Positions 47,475-62,519 are shown, numbered from the stretch's first letter. The stretch: DNA of 64,000 bases from Marsupella aquatica (GCA_973895155.1 OZ316896.1:11274795-11338794); one strand, 5' to 3'. Made by a program: numbers and translations. The notes: generated by a model from the sequence alone, not told the origin.

Positions 47475-48416
47475 GATTGCTGCAATATTGGGATGTCATG
47501 AGATGGGGGATTGCACTAGGATGTCATGAGGTGGGCGATTGCAACAGGGCAGGGGGAGGACACGAGGATGCTAGAAACGTCGATGTTTGCTGCACTTTGA
47601 TCAAACGTAGTAACTCTACCAAGGCTTCAAAGATCTACACAAGTGGCGAATTGCAACAGCACCGGAGGAGAATGAGAATGCTTTGAAGAAGGTCGATGTT
47701 GCTCCAGTCTTGCCGAATGTAGTTCTGTTACTGTACCAAATCTTCAAGGTCCGGCAGGATCAGGATCAGTTGTTTCTGCAATTGGAGATCTGCGCCAGAC
47801 TTCCGAGCTTGCAAGGCGAACAACGAGCACGAATTGGGTAGGCTTGGAAGGGTTTAGGGTTTAGGCGTGCTCTTGCTCTTGCTCTTGCTGTTGTTGTGCT
47901 ACTTCTCGACTGCTTTGCTGTGCTGTGCTGTGCTGTGCTGTGCTGTGCTGTGCTCGAATATGTCCATCTCCCTAAGTGTCTGATTTTGCAGCAGGGCAGG
48001 AGGATGCTAGGGATGTCGATGCTGCCGCAGTTTTGCCGAATGTAGGGCCAAGGTTTCAAGGTCCAGCTTCATTGGAGGAGTCTGCAATCGGAGATCTTGG
48101 CCAAGGTTCTAAAGAAAAAGCCAGCAAGCACGAATGAGGTTTGCTTGGAATGTCGATGTTGCTGCATTTTTGCCGAATGTAGGTCCAAGGTTGTAAGGTT
48201 CAGCGTCAGCATCAGAGGAGTCTGCAATCGGAGAGATTGGCTAAACTCACGAGGAAACCACAAAGCACGGACTAGGTGCGCGTGGAAGATCAGTGCCGCT
48301 CTTAGCTCTTGCTGTTCTACCCTTGGACTATGACCATCGCATCCTTATAGGTTGTCTGGAGATCGGACGGGAGGAAAGGGCAGGTCAGGGTAGGACTGAG
48401 CAAGGGAGCCGGAGCA

Positions 48417-50291
48417 ATGCTGCTGCGGCGCGGACCGTCGAAATTGGGACCACGCCTCCTACACCATTGGACAGCTCGTCAAACACCAGTCGCTGCCAGC
48501 AGCAATGGCATAAATAGCGAAATCAGTCGAGAGCAGCAGCAGGAGACTCCTTCTCCTCCTCCTCCTCGTCGTACCTCTGATGACGCCTCTGGATTCCGTA
48601 GACAAGCTCCAGCAGCAGCCTGGAGCAGCAATTCTCATAATCTCCTCAGCCCTAATTACTTGACAGGGTGGAACGTTTCCGGGGATTTGTTGGTGCCTGC
48701 GCAATTCCGCAGTCTGCATTATCTCAATTTTGGCTGTGGACGACCAGTGAGCGAGCTACTGCCGCCGCTACATCAACAGCAGCAGAGATGTGGTATCTCA
48801 ACGTCGGTACAATGCAATGCCGAGGAAGAAGAGCCGGTGCGGTCGCCGCTCTCACAGGCACCGGGCCCTCTGCAGGGGAGCGGAGGGCAGAAGATGGGAG
48901 TGTCACCCACAAGGACCGCGCAGGCAGTGTTGACGGGGATCAGGCAGAGCCCCCAGAAGTTGAATCTCGTGGCCGAAATGGTCCGTGGCATGCGCGTTGA
49001 AGATGCTCTCACTCAAATGGCCGTCTCTGTCAAGCGCGCGGCGAAGACGGTGTCTAAGGTGGTGCATTCAGCCCAGGCGAATGCGGTGCATAACTTCGGA
49101 TTGGAGAAGGATCGCCTCGTCGTGAGCGAAGCTTTTGTTGGCAAAGACAGGTATGTGTGATCATGGGCCTACCAGATCATGGGCCTACCAGTCACTATCC
49201 ACTCCTAGAGTCTTTTTTCTAGAGATTGATCGATATATCTCGGTTCTAGAGGAAACTAAAAGACCAAATCCAGATTTCTACATTCATAGCCGCAAAAAAT
49301 GTGCACAAGGAGAGGGTTTAAGACCGCACAACCAGATGTTTTACATTCATAGCCGCAACATATGTGCATAAGGAGAGGCTTTAAGACCCCCAAGGAATAG
49401 AACCAATTCATTAAATAACCATTTCCTCGCCCTCAGACTGAAGAGGGATGCTTTAGAGACAATTTGTGAATACACCCACACCCATCTCTTCTGGAAATAG
49501 ACAGATCTCCACTGCTATGCTAGGTTGTACTGTGCTAAGCACTTGAGTTACTTTCAAGTGGATGACAGATGTTGTGTGATTTGTCTAAATGTACGTGCTG
49601 CAGTTGTGTAGTACTGCATTTACGGGATGGCTGCCTGTAGTGAGAAACCTTAGTTCTCATTCTAGTTCGGGTGGTATGCACATTGCCAGTCCTACACGAG
49701 TAGTTGCGTAGCTGCACTACGCCTGTAGTGTTAAGAAATTTCTTTTCGTTGCACTTAACTCTCAATGTCAGAAGGAATTCCTATTGACCTGATCTCAAAC
49801 CTAAACGCGATTCCTTGACTGAAATTCACCAGATAGTTGTGGAAGAAGAAATGAGTGACTGTTGTTAACAAACAAAGAGGAATTGGACTGCGTAGCCTGC
49901 ATTTTGAAGTCTTTGTGCGTTAAATGTCATTGAGATGCCCTGCTTAGATTTCATTGCCCCATTGATATCTGATTGTGTTGTGGACGATCTGTTGGATCTC
50001 TCGCACAGGTACTTGAAGCGGATCATGCCGCACGGTAAAGGCAAGGCGGGGAAACTGGAGCATGCGAGGGCACGACTCACGGTCGTCGTGAAAGAAATGT
50101 CTGTGGAGCAGGAAACTGATTTGGCTCGGCTAAGAGTATTTAGGATGCGAGGGACAAGGATGTCTCGTGCGCAAGCGAGACTAGTTCCTCACCGCGTGTT
50201 GGCAACCCAGTGGACTCGGCAGCGCCCTCCAGCAGCAGCAGCATCAGACGGTGCTGAACTGGAAGCGACGCCTCAGCAGAGCAGAGAGTGA
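48417..50291 (+). CDS. RPL22: Mitochondrial ribosomal protein uL22 (exons 48417-49150, 50009-50291)
   Basis: IRQSPQKLNLVA..VRGMRVEDAL..ANAVHNFGL..LVVSEAFVGK|R YLKR..PHGKGK..RLTVVVKE; GT-AG intron in phase 2; long presequence. Confidence 0.92.
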
Positions 50292-52059
50292 AGGAGGGAT
50301 TGTGATACCTTTCAAGTGACTACAACCACGATAGTTTGAAGATTTTCTTAGCAGCTTGTGGGTGGCCAAACCATCTAACGAGGCGTAATTTTGCTCCCGA
50401 TTTTATTCTTCGCAGTTTACCCCATCAAATAATATCACAGTGCAATGCCATGGCCCTAGATGGAACCCCCTACGTTCGTGGATGGAGTGTTGCTGGTAAA
50501 ATTGAATAAGAAGCTGCCTTTAGTAGCATTTCATTCCATGACTCGCATGGAGCTCACCACTGACGCTAAAGTCGGGAATCTAATAGTTGCTACCGGGGAC
50601 GAAAGCTGATCTGCTTTCGAACTCTAATAGGGGTCTAGTGTCACTCCTTGACTCGTCCTCTTTATCTGAAGAAATGGGATTTTGGGGGAGAGAGCGTTGT
50701 GCCAGTGCGCAATTTGTATTATAGGGACAAGATATTGAGGCCAAAACTGAGTTCGTTTTGGCGAATGCTATATTACCCTGAGGATATTGTTCTAAGCATC
50801 CAAATGGATTGAGGAAAGGCTGCGAACGGGTGTCTATAGCAAGGTTTCCCGACTCTGTTGCGGATTGGCAACCTTTTGTAGGCAATTTCCGTGATCTGAC
50901 CTGTTGTCTAGTAGTGTAGGAAAGGAAGAGAATCAGAAGTTTAGGCTTATGCTGTGTTCGTATTTTGGTCCTGAAGTTCGTAAAGACAGCTGACTTTCTT
51001 GGTGCCAGCACTCCAAGTTTTACGAGGAGGGCTGTCTGGCGACCCGGGCTTTTCTACGATCAGGATGTCTGTAAGCTGCAAGCTTTTCGAAGTTCTATAT
51101 CGATGAAAGATACCGTAGTCAAGATCCAGTTTCTCGCAATTTTTTCGTGGGAATCAGTACTTCAGAGAATTTCAGATCGAATAATGGCGAAGGGCAGCGA
51201 TTTGTTCGACTCTCTGGAAGAGTGTTGCTTGGCAGTGAAGGCTCACAAGTTTCCGAGCTGATGGTCTCTTCACTTTCGAGTGGTCCAAATTTCCACTTGG
51301 CCTTTTACGAGTTTTGGTCATTGTCAACAGTGACGGGTTGGCGTTACATTATAATGCCATCTGGTAGACGATTTTTTGTAGGGTCTCCATGATTTCACTG
51401 TGGGTGCAAGGCGTTTGTTTGACTGACTGGTCTTGTTGCCAGGTCTTAGGACTGAGGGGCACGATTAGAAGAGATGCCCTCATTGTCAGGCTCATCTCCA
51501 GTTCTCAGATTTGTGAGTCCAGGAGCCAATCGTGGTCTGTTGCCTCGAAGCCTCGGTGCCAAACTTGCATGATAACTGTTATGCAATGGAGACCGCCGTC
51601 CTTCAGAACAATGTGCAGAGTAGTCCCTTTCTCTACCGAACTCGTCTGCAATTGCTGTGTAGACAATGTGAATCACCGTAGGAATTGCAGACGAGAAAAT
51701 TCTGCCACTGCATTCGTGCCGCTCTTTTCAGGATGATATTTGGTGTCTACATAAAGACGGAAGAATCATAGATTTAGAAAATCAGGAATCGACCCGGAGT
51801 CAATACATGGGTTCAGCACTACTCAAATGCAAAATAGTTAGCACACCTAATCGCCTATTGGGCATCAAAAATCACCTTAAACCACAACTTGCCCTATATA
51901 AGGGGAAGTGTCACCAATTCCCCTTTTTTCCACATTACAATGACTCTTCTTCTCTCGAATTTTTTTTTCCCACATTTCAATCACTCTTCTTCTTTGGCAT
52001 TCTCCTCTAACATGCTAGTTTGTTTCACAATTTCAGAAGAAAATAAAATTTTAATGATA

Positions 52060-52480
52060 ATTATTGGTAACCCATAGCTTCAATCTCCTTAAATCTTTTT
52101 TTAATGGTAATTACTGGGGTAACCCATAGCTTCAATCTCCTTAAATCTCTTTTTAATGGTGGTTACTGGTAACCCCTAGCTTCAATCTCCTTAATGATAA
52201 TTACGAGTAACCTATAATTTCAATTTCAGGAAAAAAATTATTTTAATGATATAATTTCAATTTCAAACAAAATATCTTCAATTTCAGGAAAAATCTATTT
52301 TTAATGGTAAGGATGGGTAACCCATAGCATTTGAAGGAAAAATCCCATAGGTTTTGAAGGAAAAATCCCATAGCTTTTGAAAGAAAAATCTCATTTTAAT
52401 GGTAAGGACTGGTAACCCATAGCTTTCGAAGGAAAAATCTCATTTTAATGGTAAGGATGGGTAACCCATAGCTTTTGAAA
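52060..52480. repeat. Degenerate AT-rich tandem array, possibly internal to a CACTA-derived element
   Basis: Repeated TTTAATGGTAA..GGTAACCCATAGCTT units; CACTACTCAAAT at 51817 with an imperfect partner near 52491-52503. Confidence 0.6.
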
Positions 52481-53731
52481 GGCGGGTATGATTTGAGCAT
52501 GTGTGTATTTGAGAAAGAGACTACAATATTTTGTGTCCCCATAAGTTATGTCTACAAAATCAGTCCAATTTGCTACGAAATGGGCTTTAGTTGCAACGCC
52601 CAATGGTTTAGTGTTTAGGGTCATCGGCACGCAGTCTTTGTAAACTCAAATCCCATAATTGGGGAAAAAAGTACAAGGCCAGCTGAACTTGAAGCTCAGC
52701 AAGTAGTTGGTAGTTGTAGAAAGTAGTTGGTAGTTGTAGATGGAATATGACATGTTTGCCTGGTCTGTATGCTAAAGGAGATGGTAATATGCTCCTAGGT
52801 TTGCCCTGCTTTACTGAACCCATGCAGTGCAATTACAGACTGACGTTTACATGATCAGTAGTGTCGAGTCCGTTCTTGAAACGTGGAAACGAAAGGACTC
52901 TACAGTGGTTGCTTGAGAGACAACGTGCCTCCGAACAGCTCAATAGTTGCAGGACACAATAAACACCAGACTATGCAAAGTAGTTCCAGATTCTTGGACT
53001 TCTGGGGAAATCAGTCTCGCAAGAGGAAAAAGTAGGAATGACCTTCACTACACAAGGGGCGTAGCCGATTGGAAATACTTCGTCGTGTTCAAGGTTGAGG
53101 CACCGTGTCTCGAAAGAATTCAGAGGTAAGATTACAACTCTGACCAAGTGCGTTCACATACACCCACCGTTCTGTGGCGAATGAGTCAACGTATGACTTC
53201 AGAGAGTGTCAAATTTATCAATCTGCATCGCTCGAAACAATAAAGATATACTGATAACTATCTAGACGATCCAGCCTGCCTACCAATACCTTCATGCTGG
53301 CCCTGCCTCGTAAATATTTCACATTTTATGAATGTAATATGAAAATACATAAACTAAGAAGAATGATTCCTACACCTAGCATTCCTAGAACAAATCACTT
53401 TACATATACTCCAACGGAGTACAGCGGATACATGAAGTGCTTCTCGTTCTGCCCCCTTCCCGAGAAAATTCAAACGTGGTTGGAGACCTGGAAATGGAAG
53501 CACTTTTCTCTGGTGTTTCTATAATTGAGGATAGCTTCGTAGCGTGGAAGTTGAACAGAGTTTCGCAAAACTCTGGACTGACCAATTTACTAACTTTACA
53601 ATAACTTGTGGTAATTACCCAAATCATGCAGAACGCCCTCTGATTGGACATGGGTTGAAAACTAAATCACTGCAACATTTTTGCAATTCCTGGTCGAGGG
53701 CATCCCCTACACAGAGCTGTACAAAAGTAAT

Positions 53732-56700
53732 TTACAAGTTGACAGCCCGTGCTGGCAATTCCGGCTCACTATCTACCTCTTCTTCATCAGATTTCCTCAC
53801 ACCGCCCTGCAAGAAGCCAGGTCCTAGTTAGTTACACACACCCCAGAAAACATTTGCAAAAACCAGCGGAATGACTTGGCATGTTAGTGCAAATCTGAAG
53901 TCCTCGCCATCCAACAACACAATCTGCAGAAACGTGGAAGAACAACTATACACGGCAGCGTCAAAGACAACGCAGAAAGTAAAAAGCGAAGGAAGATACA
54001 TGAGCTAAATTCAGCGCTTCAAGAAACACATCCTCAAAAGGGAAACATAATCAGTTAAAATTCCCGGCCCTAATAACCAGTCTAGCTCTATTGCGGGGAC
54101 AGTTTTGAGTATTTTCTACAAGAGCATAAACGTGCAACATTATCCTGATTTCAGCACTTCGCTCAAAACTGGCCGTTTGTTGTCGTCAATCATCTTTGCA
54201 AGACAGCGATAAAGACCCAAAAGGGAGACGACTACACGTCTCTTGTCCTGTGACATTCAAGCCCAAAGCAGTGCCGGAGACACTGGTAACGAAAGCACAA
54301 CTTTAGAGTATCCTGCCATTTGTATCCACAAAATTGAGACCTCAGGATAACTTGCCACTGATACGTTTGAACACTTTCTCTTCTCTTTAAATACATTTGG
54401 GTGGGTGTAAGAGCTACCTGTTGCTCCTTCTGTCTCTTTGCTTCCTCCGATAAGAAGGCCTCTAATGAACCATCTCCCCTCAAAATCTTTGCACCGGCCC
54501 CCTGTTCGTGAGGCGCTCCGATAGTATCTTCATCCAGAACCACCCCATCGATCTTATCTTTTGAAGACGTGACATCCGGAATCTGGTCTCACATAAGGCA
54601 GGTGTCAGCTTGGCATCCTTCAGCTCCAAAGGAACTCACTGCTTGCACAATAAAACGTTAGTCAGGGGGTCAGGGGGTTACAAACCTGAAACATAGCCTC
54701 TGTGAGTAAAGTCTCCATAATGGAACGCAATCCTCTTGCTCCTGTGTTCTTCACCATTGCCTTTTGAGCAATCTTCCGCAGGGCTCCATCAGTATAGTGA
54801 AGTTTAACCTGCACAGCGATAGAAATAAATTACATCCTTATACTTGTATTGAACATGATATGAACCTCAACAGGCAAAATCACAACAAGGAAATCGCTAC
54901 TGTGGGAGAAATAAGTACATGCTCAGGGCATTTTCAAGTCTTCCAAGCACAAGTTTTAAGTCTTCTAAGCACATTTTGATAGAAAAAAAGAAGGTTGTCG
55001 AAATCAAATCAAATCTGGGTTAAGCGTATGGAAAGTTTACATTGTTCATGGAGAACATCTTCTTGTACTGCTTGCCAAGCGCATTCCTTGGTTCGGTCAG
55101 GACCTGTTAACCCCACAATGACGGCAAACACTATATGTGTTTAATAGTGCATCATTCATGATATGCTCCACATGTTAGTCATTCAAATCAGTAAGCCATT
55201 AACTTCACCCTACTTCACGCCACCAACAAACATGTATGTCCGTTAAAATTCTGGGGTAAACTGGGATGCAGAAGTGGGAACAGGACTATCAGCAGCAAAA
55301 GAACTCACGTCCCCCTAAACTATTTCAGCATGGATGAGCGTACAGAAGAGAAACTCATTGAAATCACCTTCCTTTCATCCAAACTTACGTTGGTAAAAAT
55401 GAGAGTCTGATTCATACCTGTACAAGCTGGTCTTCATTCAAAGCTGCGAGGCTCACAAGGACAGGAAACCGTCCAATAAACTCCGGAATCAAACCATAAG
55501 CAATGAGGTCGCTACTCTCGACCTGTAGAGACCAATCCAACGATGTCAGATCCGATATGAATTCGAGCAGCGTAAATGCATTGATAAATTGTTCATGAAA
55601 AGCAGAATTCTGATGTCATGTTCACGATCAAAGCACTTCTGATCTCCTCACCCGCAATTTTGCAGATGGCACCGAGAAAGCAGGATACCTACAAGCATCA
55701 GCTAAAGGATTTCGATAATTGAGTAAGGGTCCAAATCTACAGGACAATGCAGACCGTTTCTAGCAAAGACGACGTCGTAGCAGCATCGGTCATCCTATTG
55801 ATTCTCATATTGGCCCGTACAGGTGCTCCAAAACCAATTGAAGAGTCTTGCCTCCTGCAATGACATCGTACCAGAGAAGCGGTGATAAATGAATCAGCCC
55901 AGCACTAAACTCGTCATCCAAATACACGCATCCAGTCCCTAACTGTTTATACAGAGAAGGCCAAATGACTCGCCTTTCAGCAATCGTCTTCTCTAGCTCT
56001 ACGAAGGCTCCACCGCAGATGAACAGGATATCCTTAGTGTCCACCTGCAACGCACAAGAGGTTGAAAATCATTTCTGTTTGTAGGAATACTCCAGAAAAT
56101 ATTCTCACAACACCCAAGTGCGGACTTCTCAACATATATACAGCAATGACTTTCAACTCAGTCTCATCACTTTTGACATGCAATTCCGTGTCAAATCAAG
56201 AACATTTACAATGTGAAAGAGGCGAACTAGTCGACATTCTAGTATCAGCTGAACTAATGCCCAGACCGATGCCTTAAAAGTCCCGAACTAAGTTAGAAAT
56301 CCATTTTACAATAGCACAACGCAATAATCTTATGTAAAACTTTATTCCTTAAGACCATAAAAAAGTTTAATTTCGGCTTGCAAATTCAATGGCTACAAAC
56401 TTGCTTATTGATATTGGAATTCATGCCGCATTTGATGCAACTAAAAAGAAAAGTTCAGACAGAAAGGCTTTCAATGCGAGGGATAAAGGAGAAGCGCTTC
56501 ACCTGAATATGATCACCCCTTGGATGTTTGCGGGCCCCCTTCTCCGGAACGCTAACCACCTGTTGATATCCCAGGAATGAGAAAATAAGAAGTCATGTTC
56601 AATCAGCTCAGAAGGTTGGCTTGCCACTATGTAGAACATTCAGTTGCACAACGAAACCTTTACAATTCAATATCAGAGTTTCATTGCAAGATAGGCTAGA

Positions 56701-59700
56701 AAAGTATCTGCAGCGCAGGCTACTGTAAATTATGTTCAGCTTCCATACAAAACGTGTGAAGGAGACCTGAATGAATAAGCTTTGTGAACATTGAGGCTTT
56801 GTCCTCATTATTGTTACAACTAGCAATTCCAGGCCTGAAGCAGAGCTAATTTGTTGAGGAAACCTAAAACTTTGAGACGATTCGACTGGGAAAGAAATAC
56901 TCTTGAAAAACAAAATGAGAACTTAACGCTAAAGTACATTTATCTCAGTTGAGACAAGAATTTGGAAGAAAGAGTGCCGACCAAAAAGTAGCACCTGGTT
57001 TAGCAGCCTCATGACGTTCGGAATTTCAGTGGACTGATACACACAGATAGAGATTCAAGAGATAAAGATATTGGAATCTTACAGTCCCCTCCAGCATCTT
57101 CAAGAGAGCTTGTTGTACACCTTCGCCAGATACATCTCTGCTGATGTTCATGCTTTCCGCCTGTTCAGGCAATTTCAAAGTGATTTGTTTAACAATCACA
57201 TGAGAATTTCAGTCTCGAATTTCAGCTATAATATACTTTTAAAGCAGCCAGAACAAGGACCAAACGAATCTCTACGACAGACGATCAATAGCAAATAAGT
57301 ATATGAGCACAAGTTTTTGACTGTACCTTCTTTGTGATTTTGTCTACTTCATCTATATACACAATACCCTGCTGAGCCGCAGGAACATTGAACTCAGCTG
57401 CCTGTTGAGTCACATCAACACCAAAATCGTCACTTTAGCACAAACAACCACAGACGACCAACACGAATAGACTCAACCTATTGCAAAATTTAGATGACAA
57501 GGCCATGAAAACAGCATTGGGTTTCCTTAAGTCCAACCGGAAAGAGGGAAACGAAGTGTACCATGAGTAGCTTGTACAGAATCGATTCCACATCCTCACC
57601 GACATAACCCGCCTGAGAGAGATATATCAGAGGAACACTCAGCACTCTGATTCAAAAACAGGTATCTACACTCATATTTAACCCGTACGAATCTAAATGT
57701 TGAAATTTCTACTCTCCAACCAACCACCCTAAGACAAGATTTTAATACTGGTTGATTGTGTAAGGAGAGCACTCTACGTTGCAAACACCAAAGTATCTTA
57801 CCTGCGTAAGAGTTGTAGCATCTGCAATAACAAAGGGCACGTTTACAAATCTAGCCAAAGTTTTCGCAAGCAGAGTTTTCCCTGTGCACATCAGAGAAAT
57901 GGCCATTAAGAACGGCAAGATGATTTCAGGAAGTTAGCTGGATCTACTACTCAATAAAGACTGTTGAACTAAGTCATCATAGGACAGCATTCACAACTAT
58001 ACGACCAACAGGTATAAAGAAACCATGAGCTTTCCCAAGAAAGAAACCCATGGGCTGCCAGATCATTTGATTTTATCTCTAACCTCGAGACATGGTTCCA
58101 AATATCAAAATAAAGTGTCTGGTATAATCTGTGTGCTTATCGTGCAATGAGGATTCCAAGAAAACTGTGTATGAGTGATTAAGCGTGTAAGCAGTCACCA
58201 GATCCTGTTGGCCCAATTAGAAGTACATTGCTTTTTTCGAGCTCCACGCCATCATCCTCAACCTCGTCATCGGAGAGACCTGTGTTCAGACCATTGAGCC
58301 TACCAGGCACCCTCCATTACATAAGAACTAAGAATTCAAATCCAACAAACATCACAATTCCTTAATGATGTGAGTACACTAGTGTGACAAAATCGACCCG
58401 CAGAGTAAGCGCTGTACCCTTCTGAATTGGTGGGTTTAAAGTTGCCCTTGCGCATAGATTCAAAATGTATGCGCTTGTAATGATTGTAGACACCTACGGA
58501 TAGAATCTGCATCATAAATGGCACAAGGGCATCACTCGGCCGCAAACAACAAAAATTCGCAGAGTATTTTCTCCCCACCCATATATAATCCATCGTTCAC
58601 ACTTCAAACGATTTCGTTGTAAAAAATCATCGCTACCGAGACGTGACCCAAGAACTGCGAAAGCTCTTCGAAATGTCATACTGAAAATGGAATTATTGAC
58701 AACCCTTGCAGGAAGTAAGTTTCCTGAAAAGTGTCAAGTCACAAGCTCAATTCGTACTACAAAAATAGGCCCGCTAGCCTGATGGGTCAGGCACCAGCTA
58801 GCGCAATAGTAATAGAGAAAGGGTTCTTCATTGACATTCTTCGCCGTTATTTTGGGAAATCAAATCTGGATGGTGGAAAGCTTGACATCTACAATCCGTG
58901 ATTCATGATAGTAACTCACTTTCTTAGCGCGTTCCTGCCCCACGACAAACTTGTCCAACGCCGCACAGATCTCTTTAGGAGTGGGGAGATCCTTCCCTAA
59001 GCTGGATCCGCCCCAGCTCTCTCTCGAGTTGAACGCACTACCACCACCACCAGAACCACCGGTGCCAGGCTGAGTACGTATTAAATTCACATTGGGAGAA
59101 AAGGGTGGGTTAGGGGGTGCGGGCACAGCAACAGCTGGTGGCAAAGTGATGCCCGGTCCCTGATGCCAGTGCTGTGGTATATCCCCATGACCGTGCCTTT
59201 TAGAAGATTGCTGCCATCTCGCGGACTGTACCACTAAATTATCCAGCTGGACCCTTATGGAGGTACTGACCAGGCTATTGTTGTTGTTACCAGCAGCAAT
59301 TTCATCACCCCTGTCTACTGCACCTGCTTCAGCTGCTGGCAATGCCCTATTCTCTACCGATGGAATCTTCCAAGTCCCAATTACCATGTCCTTCTTAGAC
59401 CCAGCAGTTCGAGCTCTAGGGGAATTGGCATTGACATTGGCACCCCGCTCCGAAGGACTCAGGGTTGGGCCCGGGTACTTGGAAGAGGCCGCTGATTGAG
59501 CCGTCGAATGGAAACCCTGGTTTGCATAGTTATGCAGAAGTGACGAAGAAGAAGAAGAAGAAGAAACGAGAGGAATTAAGGTGTTCCGGTCAAGCCAAGA
59601 AGATGCTCCGAGAGGTCCTCCTACACAACTCCTGCTGATGCTCAATTTCGCATGATGCGAAGTTGCCAATCCGACGGCAGCTTCACTGAATTTCCTCCAA

Positions 59701-59714
59701 TTCCCTGCCGCCAT
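53732..59714 (-). CDS. CLPX: Mitochondrial ClpX AAA+ regulatory subunit, ~15 exons
   Basis: Exons encode [117 protein letters not shown]; last exon 53732-53806; exon 2/3 junction not fully resolved. Confidence 0.95.
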
Positions 59715-62519
59715 GGTGACAACTCGTCGCTTCGTTGCAGCAGCGTTCCAATTTCCGGACCGCCCCCCTGTAATCAATCACCGGTGTTTGTCGATCATGA
59801 AGGTCTTACCGCCTTGCTCACATCAGCCAAGGCTACTACCACCTGCACGCCGCTATCACTTCGCCCTTGCATGAATAACTGCTGCGCTTCCTGAACCTCT
59901 CTGAACACCAATCTGAACACCAAGCCAATCCAAGACAGCTTCGTAAGACGGATACAGTCGCGAACTGAACGCTTACACAGAGCTCTGTGAATTGCGTTGA
60001 CAGCTACCGCAAATTACGACACGGGACGGGCCATAAGCAATGCCCTCCTGAGAGACAGAGAGGAAGAGAGACCATCATAACCAGAGGAAGTCCTGAATTA
60101 CGGAAGGAGGCAAGGTCAAAGCAAAGAGGCAGATTACAGACTGCGGACCGGACCCGGCGTACGTGCCACGCAACAATCTTACGAACCATCGAAATTCACT
60201 AAGTTTCAAAGGCCAAGCACTTCCCTCCACTCTCTGGACAGTACGAAACGATCAGCTAGTCCCAGAATTCAGTTAGTCGAATCCATCACCGACGGATCTT
60301 AATGCCATTGTCCTTTACACAAACGCCAGATCCCTCCCTGCGTGCCTCCCGAGCAAGTAGAACCAATGCCCCCGAAGAGGACGACGACATAAATCCTCAA
60401 CCCTCAACTCCCACACATCATAAAATAATCCATTACCTGGGACGCGCACATCGCAAAATCAATCGAGCGCCCAATTCATTCCCTTCCCGAAGCAATAAAA
60501 AACCACTCACCAACCTAAACAATTGGTGAAGTCACCCAATCAAAGGTCTCCACCACAAGCGATCGGCGCTCCTCCTCTAGCGATCGGTTGGGCACTACTC
60601 TAGGACCGTCAAATCCTGGGAGAAGTAACTAACTGCACCAGTAAACGCGCATTCGTTCGCGAATGCCCCCAGACGCAACCAATCAAACGAGAATCAATCA
60701 CCACACAATCAAGCTCTAATCCGATGCCATCTGCTACCTTCCCTTCCCTTCCCGTCTCAAACTCACTCATCCCTCCCTCAATTCTCCATACCCGGAAAGC
60801 AAGGCGGCAGAGTTCGTACCTAGTGTTGGAGCAGACCGCAGCAGCAAACACATCCGCCAGCCCCGGCACGGACTGCAAGCATCAGCACGCGGCAGCAGCA
60901 ACAGCAGCAAAGACCGGGGCCTCTTTCTCTCCTTCGGCAGTGGAAGAATCAACCACAAATCCGGTATTCACGGGACGAACGGCCCCTCGTCGCACGGCAT
61001 CAGCAGAATTGGATGGATGGAGGAGGCCACCAGCCGAGCCCAGATACGGTGTGCGATTCTGTGGCACACTCGACCACACTCCCGCACTCAAAAAAATTCA
61101 CGGAACGTTGCTTGTCCGGCCCCTCACTCTCTTACCACAATTGCACGGCAAAAGGTCGAAGATAAAACTCCACACACCACTCTACGCAACCCTACAGCGC
61201 TGGATTGGAGCGCGACGAACCGACAATTGCCGCCGCGACTTCATACCAAAGAAAGAGCAGAGCGCGATGGTTGAGAAAGACGAGAATCGGTGATCCGAGC
61301 GCGCGACAAACCAACAACAATGGCCACCGCGCGCACCGAAGGAAAGAGTGCGCAGCAATTGACGAGAGAGAGAAGAACGGGAGAATGAATGAATGTCGAC
61401 GGACCTCAGCGCGAAGGTCCTCAGACCAGTGGAGCAGGGCCGACACTGGAACCGACACGCGCCGGTCTCCCAGTGGCGCGACCGGAACTTCTCAGCACCG
61501 GCGACCGGGACGCCGCAGCGGATGAGACGAACTCCCGGTACGCTTCGGCCTTGTCGAGTTTTTCTACCGGATGCCCGTGTCCGAAAACTTTGGCAATCCT
61601 GCCCGGGGTTGGGTTTCCGAGAAAAAAGAACCACTCTGCCAGACGCCCAGACCAGACCAGACCTGACCTCTACAGTACGATATCTTCATTTATTGATCAC
61701 AATAAGAAAAATCACATCTATCCATGCCCAATATACTGACAGACAAAATTATGTATTACCAAATTGAAATATCTACATTACATTCTTCACCGTGATTAGT
61801 CTTACTAATTCTATTTAGGCGACTGGTCAAAATTTGGACCTCTCAAGTTTTAGCCTTACCAATGTTAATTTTGGAGTGACACTATTTACAGGCACATGAA
61901 ATAAAATGTGACTACTAGTAATTAAAGTGATCATAAATTAAATTTTAGGGTTATGGAAGACAAAATATTGTGAATCCCCATTGCAAAATGGATGAGTCAA
62001 TCAAGATTTCTGTTCATCAAATAAATGAACAGCATCACTAAACTGAGCTGTATATGTATATTTATTTGACATAAGTTGGATTAGTGCAGTGTTACTTAGG
62101 ACAATCATGTTTTATCAAATGCTTAATATGCTAAGTTGATATTGGTTGTATGTAATTCTTATGTAAATTGGATTGTATATCCCATTGACACATATGAGTC
62201 ATCACGTTTATATCAAAATATATCATGGCTTAATTGTAATGTTCATGCCCTTGAACCGATGTAAGTTGGATATCCAATAGACATTAAAAAATTAACAATA
62301 GATTGCTACCATATGAACATGTATTAAACATAAAAAGATTGCATGTAGATTATGTAGTGACATTGACTAAATAATGGGTAAGAAATAGCTATTGGATCAT
62401 GCATGCAGCTCATTTTACCACATGTCATGCTTGCACCTTCAAAGAAATTATGTGGCATTTTCTTAGTGATGGCCCCATGAATGAGTGTTGCATCTGTTTG
62501 AAGTTTTTGCATAGCAATG

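Noticed and set aside
51817-52503. Complete CACTA element
   Set aside because: Right TIR is imperfect and no 3-bp TSD is visible; kept only as a possibility
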